Part shown: piece after piece, positions 13,511 through 26,419 of the stretch
Numbering within the stretch: position 1 is the first letter of the stretch
Layout of the letters: each line of letters starts with the position of its first letter
Assembly: GCF_964204865.1 (NCBI RefSeq)
Contig: NC_135260.1
Span: forward strand, 15,770,478-15,834,477
Direction: 5' to 3'
DNA length: 64,000 bases
DNA from: Styela clava
Taxonomy: Eukaryota
Notes under the pieces: model-generated
The model's input: only the letters and a program-made list of their open reading frames with translations
The model's database searches: none
What the model was told of the DNA's origin: nothing
Position numbers and translations under genes: made by a program

Positions 13511-16464
13511 ATATGACCTAACGGTCAAAAATATCCTTACTAATGTATAATCAATACTTTGTAGAACCTAAGAACATACCCAAGTATATTGTCTTCGCCA
13601 GGTTTGTTTTTATTTGAAGGTGGAATAACTGGAATAAAAAAAAGAATGCTAATATATGCAAATTCAGGTTGGTAATAAAAGAGTTAATTCGTAAAGTTAG
13701 CAGATTTTATTTTAAACATAAGGCAATTTAATTTTTAGCCAAGTAGAATATAAAATCTAAAACTGGTTACAATATTTCTAGCATACTAAGAAGTGGAGAA
13801 AGTAGTAAGACACTAATATATCATCAAATCCAATGCAGCGGCAATTTCAAAACCCAGGGTATAGGAAATTGTGTAGGCAAGCAGTGAAGAGAATTTTTTT
13901 TTTTTTAAATAGTACCACCTTATCAGTGGATGCTTGTCTGGGGCCCTGTTCAGAGCAAAAAGAGTAAACACAGAATGAAAAAAATAATACACGATTTTGT
14001 AAGCATAGAGGGCTGATTTTAAACGTGCTTGCACAATACTTGTGAGTTGTTCCACTAGCAAAGTATTTTGCCTTGCTATCGAAAATACTTACTTTTTGAA
14101 TTAACCTGAGTTTTTTTGAAAAAGCTGGAGGATGGTGTAAGAGGAGTGAATCGATCTCTTTTCTTCACACAATACGAGTCGGAAGATCTTCTGGAATCTT
14201 CCGACTCGCTATGGAGGATGTCAACATCTGAATGAAATGCATAAATATTAGCATCAAATAATTGATATACATTCAAATTTTGGTACTGAATTGGGTGCAG
14301 GTGTCAAAGTCAAAAGTTTGAATCTTCCAAGAGTCTGGAGTTGCAATTCAAAACTCATATTTTTGATGAAAGAATCTCAAATAGCTTTACGTTGAACGAG
14401 CATTCTCAATAGTCAAATAAAAAGGCTTGTATATGCCAGAGTTTGTGTTTTTATAGACTGGAGTCAAAATATAGACTGCAGTCATTCAAATTCAAATTTT
14501 GATTAATAGGAGGTGAAAGTAGAGTCAATTTTCTCGTCCGACTAACTAACCTCTTAATCGTTTTAATTCCTCCAGCTTTTGTATTAATATTGATCTTGGT
14601 GACGGATACCTGTGGAGCAAAAGATAACAAGCAGAATGAAATACAAATCAATGTAAAATGGTAAAAAAGGGTGATTACTGCAAAGTAGTTTTAATTATCA
14701 TTAGATAATAACAAGGACCATATAATTTTCACCACCTAAGCGTTAAATATTTCTGCTTTCCTGAAACCTGCAATGTGTGTTCCTAAATTTTTAATCTGAA
14801 TACTTTTTCAATCATAAATTTTCCTTTAAACTCGAATAATCGAATTGAATAAATTTCTGTGCCAACATAAGCAAAATATTAAATGTTCCTTCCTCTCGGT
14901 ACCCATGAGTCACGTATTGTAAACATTTTTACAAACCATATTAGTTACGAATTTTTATGTAATAATGAAACATCTATCTTTTTTGGTGAATCAATAAAAT
15001 ATGCGAAATTGAACCATATTTGGGTTTTCGCTTGACATCGGTTTTGGTAAATTATTTAAAAATGATTTGATCCTGAAAGTTAAATATTCACATGTGGATC
15101 AGTGTTCACTATTAGCACACTTTTTTGCGAAAAGTGGGAAGCACTTTCGCAACTTTTTTTATTGCGAAATAGCGCTTTTTTTGCGATTGCGAAATAGCAC
15201 TTTTTTCCGATTTTAAAGGGCAAAAATTCAAAGTTGACAATTATTTTCGTGTGAGTGCAAATAAGTTGCGTACTAGTACTTTTGTAACCCAATTTTGCAT
15301 TACATAATGATATTTGCTGGAATTCTAATCTATGTGGTACATACATTTGAGATAAAGCTTTTGCATTAACGGAAAAATTCTTGTTTATAATATGATTATT
15401 ATACAAGCACACCGATTTCGCTTCTCCCACAAAAACAGCTGGTGCCCTCTTTGAAACCAGATGTCCGAATACAACGCAGTGCCTTTCTTCAAACGAGAGT
15501 GGTCATGTGACTGTCGATGACATCGATGAATTGCGACCAAAGTACTCGATTTTCTAGTGCAAATTTGACGGGATTCGGTCCTTCCGTAGTGAATTTATTT
15601 ATTGGAGCCATTCAGAAAGTTCTGATACCCAATACGGCATTGTTTTTTGTAACGAATGTAAACTTAGGCCAATATTTTTTGAATTAAGAAGAAACTTTTA
15701 GCAGCATCTCACAGATTTGCGAAATCACCAAATAGCACGTGCACATGCCATTTTGCGATATTTAATATTATCTATTCATTCTCGATAAATCGAACTTAGA
15801 CCAGAGTCAAAAATTAAATGCAACTATTTCTCACTGATATGCCAGGTTATGATATTATTGCCAAGAATATTTGTGAGTATATCACTGGACAGAAATATTT
15901 TGCACCCCTGCTGTTTGCAGAACAACAATTCGCTAAAGTTGATGATTCGAATACACGGGAAGCATTTATTTATCATCTCACTGGCCAACATGTGGCAGAA
16001 TTGTACGATCATGTTGTCCTCTCTAAATAATAACTTTTTTATTGAATGTTTATATTTTACATCTGTGTATTAATTATATGTTCTTGTTGGGTTTTCATTA
16101 CATTCATTCAACGTCGGTTTACAGACATCTAATGTATAACTCTCGCAACCAAATATTTTTTGTTTTGTATGCAACCACCTGGATGGTGCACCAAAAAACG
16201 AATTTGATTTTATTGAAATTGGAACACACAAATACAGAATTTTACATTTCATACACAACTAACAGATGCCACATGCAGGCGCTCAGCCAAGATTTTTCCA
16301 ACGGGGGTCTTATGGTAAAATTAAATACCGGTAAGTGCTTTAATCGTACAATTTACAACGACTTAAGACGTCTGTTAAATAAATTCCAGCAGAGTTTCGT
16401 GTAGCTCGCCTCCCTCTGTAGTCGTTTGGTGAATATTTGGTATGTGTATTTCAAGAATATACCC

Positions 16465-16755
16465 GCTTAATCTTTCTATTGCCATTCTATGAGTATTTAC
16501 CTACACATGATTAGAGACGGGCAAAATCGGATTTTTTCTAATGGAGAAATCATTTTAAGAGAAAAGTAAAACTCGCGAGCATCAATGGTGTTACAATTGT
16601 TTATATGCATAAAAACATTGATTGAATGTGCATGAAATGTGTGAAACTATTACTCGTGGTAATTCAATGTTAATCTCTTTATTGCCATTCTATGAGTATT
16701 TACCTACATGTGATTAGAGACGGACAAAATCAGATTTTTTCTAATGGAATAATTT
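16465..16755 (+). repeat. Two direct copies (16465–16555 and 16668–16755) of a repeat of about 90 bp, tctttctattgccattctatgagtatttacctaca.gtgattagagacgg.caaaatc.gattttttctaatgga.
   Basis: Direct sequence identity between the copies. Located inside the hAT-like element. Confidence 0.7.
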
Positions 16756-19700
16756 GAATATTTTTTTTTTAATAGAAACTTACTAAAGACTGAAAACTCT
16801 GTAACAAGGCGGAGTTTTAACTGTCTAATTTTGTCACAATCGCGGATTCTTTTTTGTCATCGTGACCGTTTCAGTGGCCGACATCTTAATTATTGTTGCA
16901 CTATATTTTAAAGCACTTTTATCCCAATAATTCTCACGCAGCGGCAGACATTGAATTTTTTTTAAATTTCAAGCCGAACTATGAGTTCACATCAGCGAGA
17001 ATATTAAAGACACTATTAAGTAGTGAATTCATAAACATTTTATTTTTATTTCAATCTCATCATCTGGTTCGATAACAGTTTGTAAATTACGGTCCGAGTT
17101 TTTAGCGAACAATAATATCATTACTGACCCTGTGATGAAAATATTTATAAAGCTAACAATAGCTGACTTTTTATGATTTTAATTTCTAGCGTTTGTGTGG
17201 TATTTTCCTATTAAATCATGAATAATGAATAAAACACTTTGCAAAATCGCCATTTCATGAATACTCAGTGTTGCTTTGAATCAAATATACTGATTAAATA
17301 AATCGGCAATGATAGCAATTCTACATGGTCAAAATAATATTCCCGCCTGAACTCTCTGGAAATTTCCATAGAATACATTATTCACCTGTCTTACTTTATC
17401 TGGTTTGACGTTTCTAAACGTAAAAACGGCTTTGAAGCGCTTGAATTGAACTGATATGCTAGGCGCAGAAAAAAAATCACCACAACTGAAAGATTTCTCA
17501 TATTTATCGTTTCCGTCTGTTAGCGACAGTCGTAGGTGAATTCTTCCTCGTAACTCTTACTTCGAAATTAATGTTAATAAATTTGATCTTGCTTTTTAAT
17601 GCGTCATAATTTGAATTAATGAAAATGATTGTGTAGGGAGTTTGAAGAAAAGGTCTTAAATTAGCTTATAACAGACCTTTTATATGACTATTATTGAATT
17701 ATAAAGTAGGTCAACCTATGGCTCAAAATAGCGGGATGCCGACTTTCATAGCGAATTCGTGTGATCTTTCAAAAAATGAAATAGGATGAATAAACATGAC
17801 ATCAATCCATATCGGTGACCGGGGATGTTATTTAGCACATGCTTTGTACAAATGACCACCTCTCTGACTATGGCCGGTTAAACTAATATCGATTGCTGTG
17901 TGTATTAATCGCTGTCTGTTGGATGGAAGGAGTAACGAAAATTTGCGAGGCATTGCTGTTCAGGGAAAGGAGTACCGTTCGCAACTGACACGGTTGGTTG
18001 ATTGCACAAAGTTTTGTTCACGACATGTGAGCTTAGCAGGTGTCCTTTGTTACCGATGAATTCGCTTGTTTTAAACAAAGGTTTACTCTAGACTTAGTCA
18101 AGAATAGAGTAGACCCTGGCCTAGAGTCTGGACACGCGATAATCGGCACATCATTTTAGTAGACATTGGCAGCGGAAAACTTGCATTTGTTACGTGATAA
18201 TATGCTTTATCGGGCTTGCCCAAACTCAAATACAGTATGTGGTATGTTGTATTTTGCGCATGTAAAGTACTGTATTCTCCCTGTTGCAAAATACACAACT
18301 GGTTCGAGACAATTTTGGGGGGCATTTCAATAAATTTCATATCAGACGCGATCGACTGCTGAGACGTGGCGATCGGCCGATCGATCGCGATCGACGTGTT
18401 GGCCACCCCTGGCCTATACAATACAAAAGATGATCATCACAAAACTAATTGCAAACACCAAACAGTCTTATTTTATCCATGTAATTAGTGTATGGTTGAT
18501 GCAATCATTTCAAAGAAAATGATACCACTGATAGTTTGAAACAATCGGGAAATGATTTCATTAAACGTGCTTTGGCAAACATTACAGAATATCAACGCGT
18601 TCGGCTAACATTCTCATTGAAAACGCGTCATTCAAATATTTTTTACCTATAATATTAGTGAAAATAGTTTGGTTGTTTCAATAGGTGTGATTAAACAATG
18701 TGCTTCATGACCACCCATACTCGGAGATCATTGATTCTCCTACAAAGTTAAAAAAAAAAATAGGTATTTTCATATTTGAAAGCAGTGAAAAAGACTTATG
18801 TTTAGAATATATTCCAAACTGAAAACAACTTTATCTGAAAAATCACAATATTCTGTATATATTATTTTTGCTCCAATCACATTTGAAATAGCGCAAATAT
18901 TAGGATCATTGGTTTTTACATTTTTGCATGCATTTGATGAACACATGCTTTGCTCTGCTTGGTTGATGCCAAATTTAGGTCCTAAAATCGACAATTTGCA
19001 AATTCAGATATTTCGAAAGTTTACTGAAAGCAAGAATTTACTATATCAAATAAAACGAACTTCCAGCTTATTTGAATATTCAATTGGTTTTGGATATCAT
19101 AATTTCTAGCTTTCATTTTCATCAAGTTCTTATAAGCTTACTCGACAGAAGCAGTATGCTCATTAGTGAGTGATTCCAAATTAGGGCGTGGTATATATTT
19201 TGGGATCACTGGGCAGAAGTAATGTTCGAGTGAAATTGTGGAGAACAGGTTTACTTGTCAAATAATGGTGGAAATTTCTGCCAAGCCAGGGTAAATATGC
19301 TTTAGTTTGTTTATGTACAGTCGAAAGCGGCCCAATGTGGATCTCGTGCTTAGAAAATGTCGTTGTTTGGACGATTACAGAATAGATATAAGTGTTTTTG
19401 ATTGATCTCAGAAAAGACACAATAACCTATACGGGAGAAATGTTCACAAAAGTTATAGTTTATACAAACAGAAATAAATTACACGCCACAAAAGAGTTGG
19501 TAGTCCATAGTCGAAACGAGAGAGCCTTCAACTGGCCCACAGAAATGAAAGAGAAGCTCACCCTTTACCTGGCATGGGCAAACTACGGCCCGCGGGCCAA
19601 ATCTGGCCCGCGCCATGCTGCCACAACCAAAGTAAAACCAAATTTTGATGTTTCAGCTAAAAAATAGCTTAAGGAATTTGATGAGATTGCGATTAAATTT

Positions 19701-20523
19701 AGTTTCTAGTTTAGTTTCCACTTTTGCTGTTGTAACACTGTAAATATTGTTCACAACATGTAACTGTTTACGTCACACTCACATGTCCCGCCAGTTGAGG
19801 TGGGCAAAATCTTTGCCCCGTGGTTCAAAAACCTTGCCCACCCCTGCTTTTTACCGTAGCCCTGTTGGGATCAGTTGTTCACCGCCGTTTTGGCATTTAT
19901 GCTTCCAAACTTCCTTCGTACTGCTCGTTATTTCGTCCTGTTTTTCGTGTATGTTTGTACTCAGTGCTCCGCATATGGATACCAAAAAGGATACAACGTG
20001 AAGGGCTGTCGGCCCTATTTTCTGCGGCTATGTAAGCATATCGTTTTCGGTGCAAACCAAAATTACTGAGTCGCATTCAATATTACTCCGTGTTGTTATT
20101 GTTGGGAACATATCCAGTTCTGGTGTCCTTATTAAGTAACTGTTCGGTCTCGTAAACGCCATAGTTTCCATAGTGAAAAAAAATGTTGTTATTTAGGAGC
20201 ATAGGTATCAGTTTGTCCAACCCAGTGTTGTAGTATTTGTCATTTGAGTGTTTTTAGTCTAAATTTTATTTGTGGATAGCTATGCGTCTGATGGATTTTT
20301 TTCAATCCCACACAAGGACATTTTATCCACTAATCAGAGATGTAATGTTTAAACAGTTGATTATCACAGGAGATATCAGAGCATCGAATATATATTTTTA
20401 AATGGAAGCAGAAAAAATAAATCAATCGTGCAGAAAACGGAGAATTACAGTTTATCTCAATTTTTGTTACTTCAGAGACATTCGGGTTATAATTGATTTC
20501 AAATATAAAACAATAAATAAAAG

Positions 20524-20621
20524 TTAAGTCTTTTTTGTAGCAGGAGTTTCGTGGTATTTTACTCCGGGCAACACGCAAAGTATCTCGAACAATATATTTG
20601 CTGCTGTTATCGCCGTTGTGC
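20524..20621 (-). CDS. AGMAT: Agmatinase exon 8 (last): (G)TTAITAANILFEILCVLPGVKYHETPATKKT, stop TAA at 20524–20526.
   Basis: Acceptor ttttgacag|GC. Matches human GNTALLAANLLFEMLCALPKVTTV. Total CDS is 909 nt (302 aa), with exon phases consistent throughout. Confidence 0.82.
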
Positions 20622-20913
20622 CTGTCAAAAATAAAAAGCCCCTAAAGTTCTATGCACAAAATTGAAAGATCGAGTTTAAACATTTAAAAACTCCTGGGTT
20701 CAAACGAATGATTTCAATTCGTTCAAAAATTCAGATAATTTGAATTAATCTAAACTAAAGGGCACGAAATTTCAAAAAGATAAATAAAGCTATATAGTAT
20801 TTACACCGCCAGTCCGAGGTCACCTTGGGAAAAGTTCATCACAATTTGTTATCATGGTGATGTATCATCAGCGGAATTGACATATATATTTGAAAAGGGG
20901 TTCTTATACTCAC

Positions 20914-21077
20914 CAGTGGTGTCGTAGGGAGGCGCAACTTCCACCATATCAGCACCAATTATATTCAGTCCACGACAACCTCGAATTATTTCTAGTGCCT
21001 GAGAAGTAGTTAATCCACCAATTTCAGGAAATCCAGTTCCCGGAGCAGCGCTGGGATCCAATGCGTCTATATCGAAA
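20914..21077 (-). CDS. AGMAT: Agmatinase exon 7: (C)[54 protein letters not shown] + 1 nt.
   Basis: Acceptor tttatttcgcag|T. Donor ACTG|GTGAGT. Roughly 80% identical to human [53 protein letters not shown]. Confidence 0.88.
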
Positions 21078-21419
21078 CTGCGAAATAAATTGAAATTATT
21101 GATGCTACACCTCACCGTTTATTTCGTGTCCCATGGTGCTATGTATTCAATGGAATTTAATTAATTAGAAAATAATAATTCGACAATCTTGCAGTATCTT
21201 ATTTATGAATTAAAAAAAACTTTTTATTATTTGTGTTTTATCAGTCTTGAACCTACCTTATTTATTTAAGCTATGATTACGTAACGAATAAATATATTTA
21301 AACGTATATATAATATATTTTGAGAGCGGTGCATTTTGAATTTCTGTAGAATCACAATATTAGATCCAATTCAATTTACAATATTTTATATATAAATTAA
21401 AAATAATATAATCCTCTAC

Positions 21420-21520
21420 CAAATATAAGTTGGTGTTTCTCCTATTACGTCTCTTACTTCTTTCATCAGCGGCGTCAACGATTTATACCACAAGTCCTTG
21501 GCATGGATCATTCTAAAGCC
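21420..21520 (-). CDS. AGMAT: Agmatinase exon 6: GFRMIHAKDLWYKSLTPLMKEVRDVIGETPTYI + 2 nt.
   Basis: Acceptor ttatttctcag|GGC. Donor TTTG|GTAGAG. Matches human GFRVVLAEDCWMKSLVPLMGEVRQQMGGKPIYI. Confidence 0.85.
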
Positions 21521-21646
21521 CTGAGAAATAAATAAACAATAGCTTTTGTTATTGGAACCTTGTAAGGCATATAAGTACTCCACTCTTTTTTGCACAATCA
21601 TAACAATATGTACTATGAAATTTATTTATAATCAATAGGATTATTT

Positions 21647-21884
21647 GGCGCTCCCGTAGTATGTGAACCAAGATGGCGGAAACCGCATCCTATAGTATAT
21701 GTACCAGGTTAGAGTTAGGTCCTAATTTTATTCCAATTTTCCTTATTTTAGTTCTATCACGTGTTCGGAGACTAGCTAAGCGACTCCCTTAATATTTGTA
21801 CCTGAAATTATGGACTGACCCTAACCTGGTACAAATACTACGTTCCGGTGTCAGCCATCTTGGTTCACATACTACGGGAGTACC
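21647..21884. mobile_element. MITE family A, copy 2 (long form, 238 bp), 5' of agmatinase exon 5.
   Basis: Inverted ends GGCGCTCCCGTAGTATGTGAACCAAGATGGCGG…CCATCTTGGTTCACATACTACGGGAGTACC. 8-bp TSD GATTATTT (21639–21646) and GAATATTT (21885–21892). Confidence 0.7.
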
Positions 21885-21983
21885 GAATATTTACTTAAAC
21901 AAAGAGTGCTTGTTAAAAATATACACACACGATAAAATTTTATTATCTTCTAGCAACCTTACAATTATAATCCAACTTAATAC

Positions 21984-22179
21984 CTTATCTAGCTGCCAAT
22001 CAAACGAGTCTAAACTTCCCACACTGCCTCGAAGTCCTATTTGGAAAACTTTTGTTGGTATTATCAAGTTTTCTTCTATTGCTAAACGAAATGCAGTCCC
22101 GTGAGTGATTTTTTCGCCATTAGCAAAACTATTGCAGTCCGAATGAGCGTCCACATGCACCATAGCTACTGGGCCATAT
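21984..22179 (-). CDS. AGMAT: Agmatinase exon 5: YGPVAMVHVDAHSDCNSFANGEKITHGTAFRLAIEENLIIPTKVFQIGLRGSVGSLDSFDWQLDK.
   Basis: Acceptor tttaatttag|A. Donor AAG|GTATTA. The HVDAHxD metal-binding motif is present. Collinear with human HGPVGLLHVDAHTDTTDKALGEKLYHGAPFRR...VVQIGIRGSS. Confidence 0.85.
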
Positions 22180-22663
22180 CTAAATTAAAAATAAAGTCAC
22201 TAGAAAAAGCTTGTTTCGACCAATATCTCAGTCAAAACTACGAAACTTGATATTGCAAGATTTTTTCCAGGTAGGAATTTTAAGGCTATTTAAGAGGAAG
22301 TATTTATTGGACAAGAAGTTTTGTTATTATGTTGTTGTTGTTAGTATTATTCTTGTAGTTGTTGTTGTTGAAAAAATTGCTTCGCTTTTCAACTACTGCC
22401 CTTTTTGCTTTGAAATTTTCAGTATTTAACATTCTTGTTGTCGCTAGAAGGCTATTAGGTTACTATTATTATGTCTATCACGCGGGGGGAATAAATTTTC
22501 CCAGAACCTCTTTCGATATACCATTCCTTACCATACCTACTATTCTTTTAAAAATGTACAGTATGGACTCCGGTTGAGAAACACTTGTATGTATGTAAAG
22601 CTATAAATAAATAAACCAATACTTCATAATACAATTTCAATATATATTAAATGTTATACTCAC

Positions 22664-22712
22664 TTTTCTGCCATGGCCTGTAAAATTGGATACGATATAG
22701 TGTGATCTCCAC
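22664..22712 (-). CDS. AGMAT: Agmatinase exon 4 (49 nt): GDHTISYPILQAMAE(K), containing the GGDH Mn-site motif.
   Basis: Acceptor acacacag|GT. Donor GAAAA|GTGAGT. Matches human GGDHTITYPILQAMAKK. Confidence 0.82.
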
Positions 22713-22829
22713 CTGTGTGTGTTTATAAAAAATATATTTAAATCAATACCCTATTATCAAAAAATTATTCGTTACAAAATTTAAACTACAACAGTCATAT
22801 TTTCAAAATACAAAATAGAACATTTTTAC

Positions 22830-22944
22830 CTATGGACAATGGACGACAACCATTTTTTATTATTTCCTCATATTGTTTTTTGATATCATCACAACATTTC
22901 TTCAAATTGTAAAGATTCACTCGGACATCACCGATATCAGCAAC
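22830..22944 (-). CDS. AGMAT: Agmatinase exon 3: VADIGDVRVNLYNLKKCCDDIKKQYEEIIKNGCRPLSI + 1 nt.
   Basis: Acceptor cacgaacag|GTT. A second in-frame acceptor at 22980 would add 12 codons. Donor ATAG|GTAAAA. Matches human VADLGDVNVNLYNLQDSCRRIQEAYEKIVAAGCIPLTL. Confidence 0.78.
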
Positions 22945-23131
22945 CTGTTCGTGAGTTATACTATTAGAAATGATCTGTACCTGAAAAAGTTTTTACGTTT
23001 CTACAGTCTTCCAGAATCTAATTTTCCCATCAAACAAACGGCAAATAGAATTCCGTTGGATGCCCAGATTTGATGGGTTTTTGATTAAATTCCAAAGAAG
23101 TAAAATAAAGCAATCTTTTACTACTAAATAC

Positions 23132-23219
23132 CTGAATTGACGAAAATGGATCAGCGCCGGCTTGTATATTGCACTTGCGAACAATAACCGATTCTGATCT
23201 GATTTGCCTCGGACCAAAT
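23132..23219 (-). CDS. AGMAT: Agmatinase exon 2: (R)FGPRQIRSESVIVRKCNIQAGADPFSSIQ.
   Basis: Acceptor ccgttctccag|A. Donor CAG|GTATTT. Matches human RFGPRRIREESVMLGTVNPSTGALPFQSLM. Phase is consistent with exon 1. Confidence 0.8.
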
Positions 23220-24067
23220 CTGGAGAACGGTGTTTGTTGGATGAATATTTGCAAGAGAAAAATTATTTTTAAAACACTCTCGTTGTACTCATCATTTACG
23301 TAAAAGTCAGTGATCAATTACGCACATTGGTATATTCACGCAACCCTAACGATTTAAAATAGTTGATATTCATACATGATATAGCTAATATAATGAAGGT
23401 GCGAAGACAAGTGCAAAGATGTATTTTAAATTCACAGCAAAATATTGCACAAATGGAAATGCATGGACGATGCTTAGTTAATAGAAAAATAGCTTAGTTA
23501 TTAGGAAAATATACAAACTATTCCGGTTATGTGTTCAAAATGCTTTTAATTTGCAATATCAACAAAGGCCGAAGGTGAGTAGAGATATTTAGTATGAGCA
23601 ATTTATAAGCCAGTTTTGGTTTGACCTATTTAGATAAATCAACAGGTATCTAATGGTAGTAACAAAATATGGTGGACTAATAATTCAATCATTGGATGAC
23701 ATTTGAGATAGTATTTATATCGGTGTCGATTTTTTCCTGTTAAGGCGTGACCCATACATATACACTCATACCCATACAATATTGGTATTCACCGGACGCA
23801 ATAAGCCACAGCGCACGAACATTCACGATTATGGATTCATTATTCCGCGTATTTGTTTGCAGTTATTAACACCAATGGCACTTACGCAAGCTTGCTCAAA
23901 ATAATTTTAAAACCTCTCAAAAAAATAGAGAAGAATTATGTTAGAACAACCACAAAATAGAACTGATGCACTCAGAGTATATAATGGTTATGCTTAAACA
24001 AACGTGCGTATTGATGACATTCCAGTCGAGTATATCGGAACAATTTTCAACAACAATGTACACTCGC

Positions 24068-24165
24068 CTTGCTCCAGATCTATTCGAAGTCCCGTGATCA
24101 ATTGGAACTCCTACGAAACAAGCATCGAGGCCATCCGTGTTACGTGCAATTGGTAGCCTCAGCAT
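24068..24165 (-). CDS. AGMAT: Agmatinase-like ureohydrolase, exon 1. ATG at 24165; encodes MLRLPIARNTDGLDACFVGVPIDHGTSNRSGA + 2 nt.
   Basis: Collinear with human AGMAT MMRLPVQTSPEGLDAAFIGVPLDTGTSNRPGAR. The exon ends AG|GCGAGT, a GC donor; joined to exon 2 it restores the GARFGPR motif. An in-frame stop lies 18 nt upstream of the ATG. Confidence 0.75.
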
Positions 24166-25502
24166 AGTTGCAATACCTGTTTACAGAAGAACGTTGTACC
24201 AATATTTGCATAAAATTTAAAGAAATCGCTTAAAATTACCTGCAGGGAACGCCAATTCGCTAGCACTTGTTGGTTCATTAAACTTCTTCTCCACTTTATT
24301 TTCACACAGAAGAATTTTTGATTTTGGGACGTGTTCAGGAGCTATAACAAATTCAATGTGTTATATTCTTGGTAATGTAAAATAATTTAAAAATATTTCA
24401 TTCCGCCATGAACTAGAACTCGGCAAATATTAACAAAATTCCATTTCCACTGACAAATTCAAAATATCTCCATTACAAATGTGCTATGATAAAGCTATAA
24501 GTTTTCTCACCGGTGTGGTGATGACACTTTCTTGTAGAATTGTGTGACATGTTCTTTGTACTTTGAAATGTAATATGGAATAAGAACTATGCTAAGAAAG
24601 CTAATCTTACTGTAATCAAAAAGTTCCAAAAAACACGTTTGAGACTATCTTATGAAAAATCTAGGTGTAGTGTGAAAAGCCTGCCGATAAATTTCTGAAT
24701 TGTTTAATGAATACATTTTTTTAACTTTTCCATTCTCTTTGAACAATTTGCTTATTACCTACCTAGTGCTATATTCCACCTAAACTGACACTAGAGTCTT
24801 CAATTTGCCATACGATGAAGCCGATATCAGATTTATTTTGCATTTGTTCAAATATTACTATTTTCTGCCCTTATTATTTTACAGAATATCACGCTGCATC
24901 CGCATACTTTTGCACCTGTGTACAATTGCATCCACGGGCATTTGCGCTAAGAGAAGTTTGCACTCTCATAAATTTGTACCAGTGTTGTATGAATGTCCGT
25001 GCGTGCGAAGGCTGGTGCGAATACCATGAATCAGAGCACAATAAAGCAAATGCTACGCCATTATTATGTCAGTGTAATAAGTAATTCATCGAATCTATAA
25101 GCGCAAATGAAGCTCCGCGAAAACTTCTCCACCTTGTTCAATTTTCAGCTGACCAAATTGATGAATTTTTATTCTGGTGAATGACAAAATCAGTGACTGA
25201 ATACGAAATCACATGGTATGTCAATATTAAACTTACACGCTACCATTCCTCCCAACTATAAATTACATTTTGAGGCTTTCGATTGGCTGTTTCAGTTCGA
25301 AGTGAGTGTTGGTAATGTTTGTTAGTAAATAGAATTACATTGATAATATTTTCGATACTACGGTACTGGAACAAAAGTCAATTATCTAACTAACATATAT
25401 CCTCGTGTAACGAGCCTAGATGGTCTTACTTCGAATCTCCGAAAAATCAAGATAACTGAAAACAAATTTTTGTTTGTCGACTACACTGAATTATAACTGA
25501 AT

Positions 25503-25519
25503 CCCCCCCCCCCCTCCCC
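25503..25519 (+). repeat. Homopolymer C12 T C4.
   Basis: atccccccccccccctccccggtg. Confidence 0.9.
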
Positions 25520-26112
25520 GGTGTCGCTTTACTCTTTGTATATTGTATCCAGAGTCGACTTGCTTGGCAAGTGCATGAGTACATCTATTGATCTATTATT
25601 CAATACTTCACCTAAAATATATCTTGTCGATGTATTCGATGGTGCTGATGCTGCTTCTTTCAATGATGAGCGAATGATCCCAACTTCCGTCTTAATGCTG
25701 TCGCCAGAATGACTGTGATTTCCTAGTTCATTCATTACATTTTCATCGATCGTAACAACAGTCGATTTAGGGCTTAGGCTACATCGAAATTTCTAAAACT
25801 GGCGGCAGCGCCCATCAAAAGCATTGATGAAACCCGATCATTTCGCTTAAAATATTCGGGGTCTTTGTAGATCAGTAAGTAGTTTTCTCTTGAGGTTTTA
25901 GAAAATGTAAGCGCCATGTTTCCTACTTCTTTTTGCAAAAGAACTTTTCATCTTCGCAGCGGCAACGGCTTCAAGAAACAGATTTGAAATTGTTTGTGAG
26001 GGAAAGGGCATTAATGCGAGAGAAAACTTTGCGCGGGATCGAACTAACACATCAATTGTGAAACATTTTGTCGGTTGTGTCGTGTGATATCGAAAATTGG
26101 GTTCCATTAAAT

Positions 26113-26175
26113 TTAAACCCATGTACATTTGAACCCACGACAATTGCACCTGCATACTATTGCACATATGGAATT
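26113..26175. repeat. Dispersed 60-bp repeat, catttgaacccacgac(a/g)attgca(c/t)ctgcatactattgca, that carries the minisatellite unit. A second copy is at 48313–48375; related inverted fragments are at 61520–61590 and 61900–62000.
   Basis: The two copies align at about 90% identity. The unit therefore belongs to a dispersed repeat family. Confidence 0.6.
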
Positions 26176-26419
26176 TTTTTGATTTACGGATATTTGAACC
26201 CATACTAACCCTAACCCATGGGTACATGCGGATATACACGTGGATTCAAATGTACGTGGGTTCAAAAGTACGGTCACCGAAAATTGCGACGACAATGACA
26301 GTCGAAGTATAATATGATTATATACGGTATGTATATCTATAAATGACCATAAAAAGTTGGTAAAAGAAATGGAAAGTTGAGGGTGTATAGGTACATACGC
26401 TAATATCCGTAAATGCAAA

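Larger units (their letters stand above)
10543..18411. mobile_element. hAT-like DNA transposon of about 7.87 kb, probably non-autonomous, with nested insertions.
   Basis: Terminal inverted repeats CAGGGGTGGCCGACCGCG… (10543→) and …GGCCACCCCTG (←18411). Both ends also carry subterminal GATCGCGATCGA. Flanked by an 8-bp TSD, GCCTATAT (10535–10542) and GCCTATAC (18412–18419). No transposase ORF is recognisable inside. The interior holds the 11099–12945 element and the SINE at 13185–13510. Confidence 0.65.

Noticed and set aside
19747-20069. Three overlapping plus-strand ORFs in a moderately GC-rich stretch
   Set aside because: They overlap each other in different frames, have no homology, and sit directly downstream of the agmatinase stop on the other strand. 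The stretch is most likely 3'UTR or intergenic.
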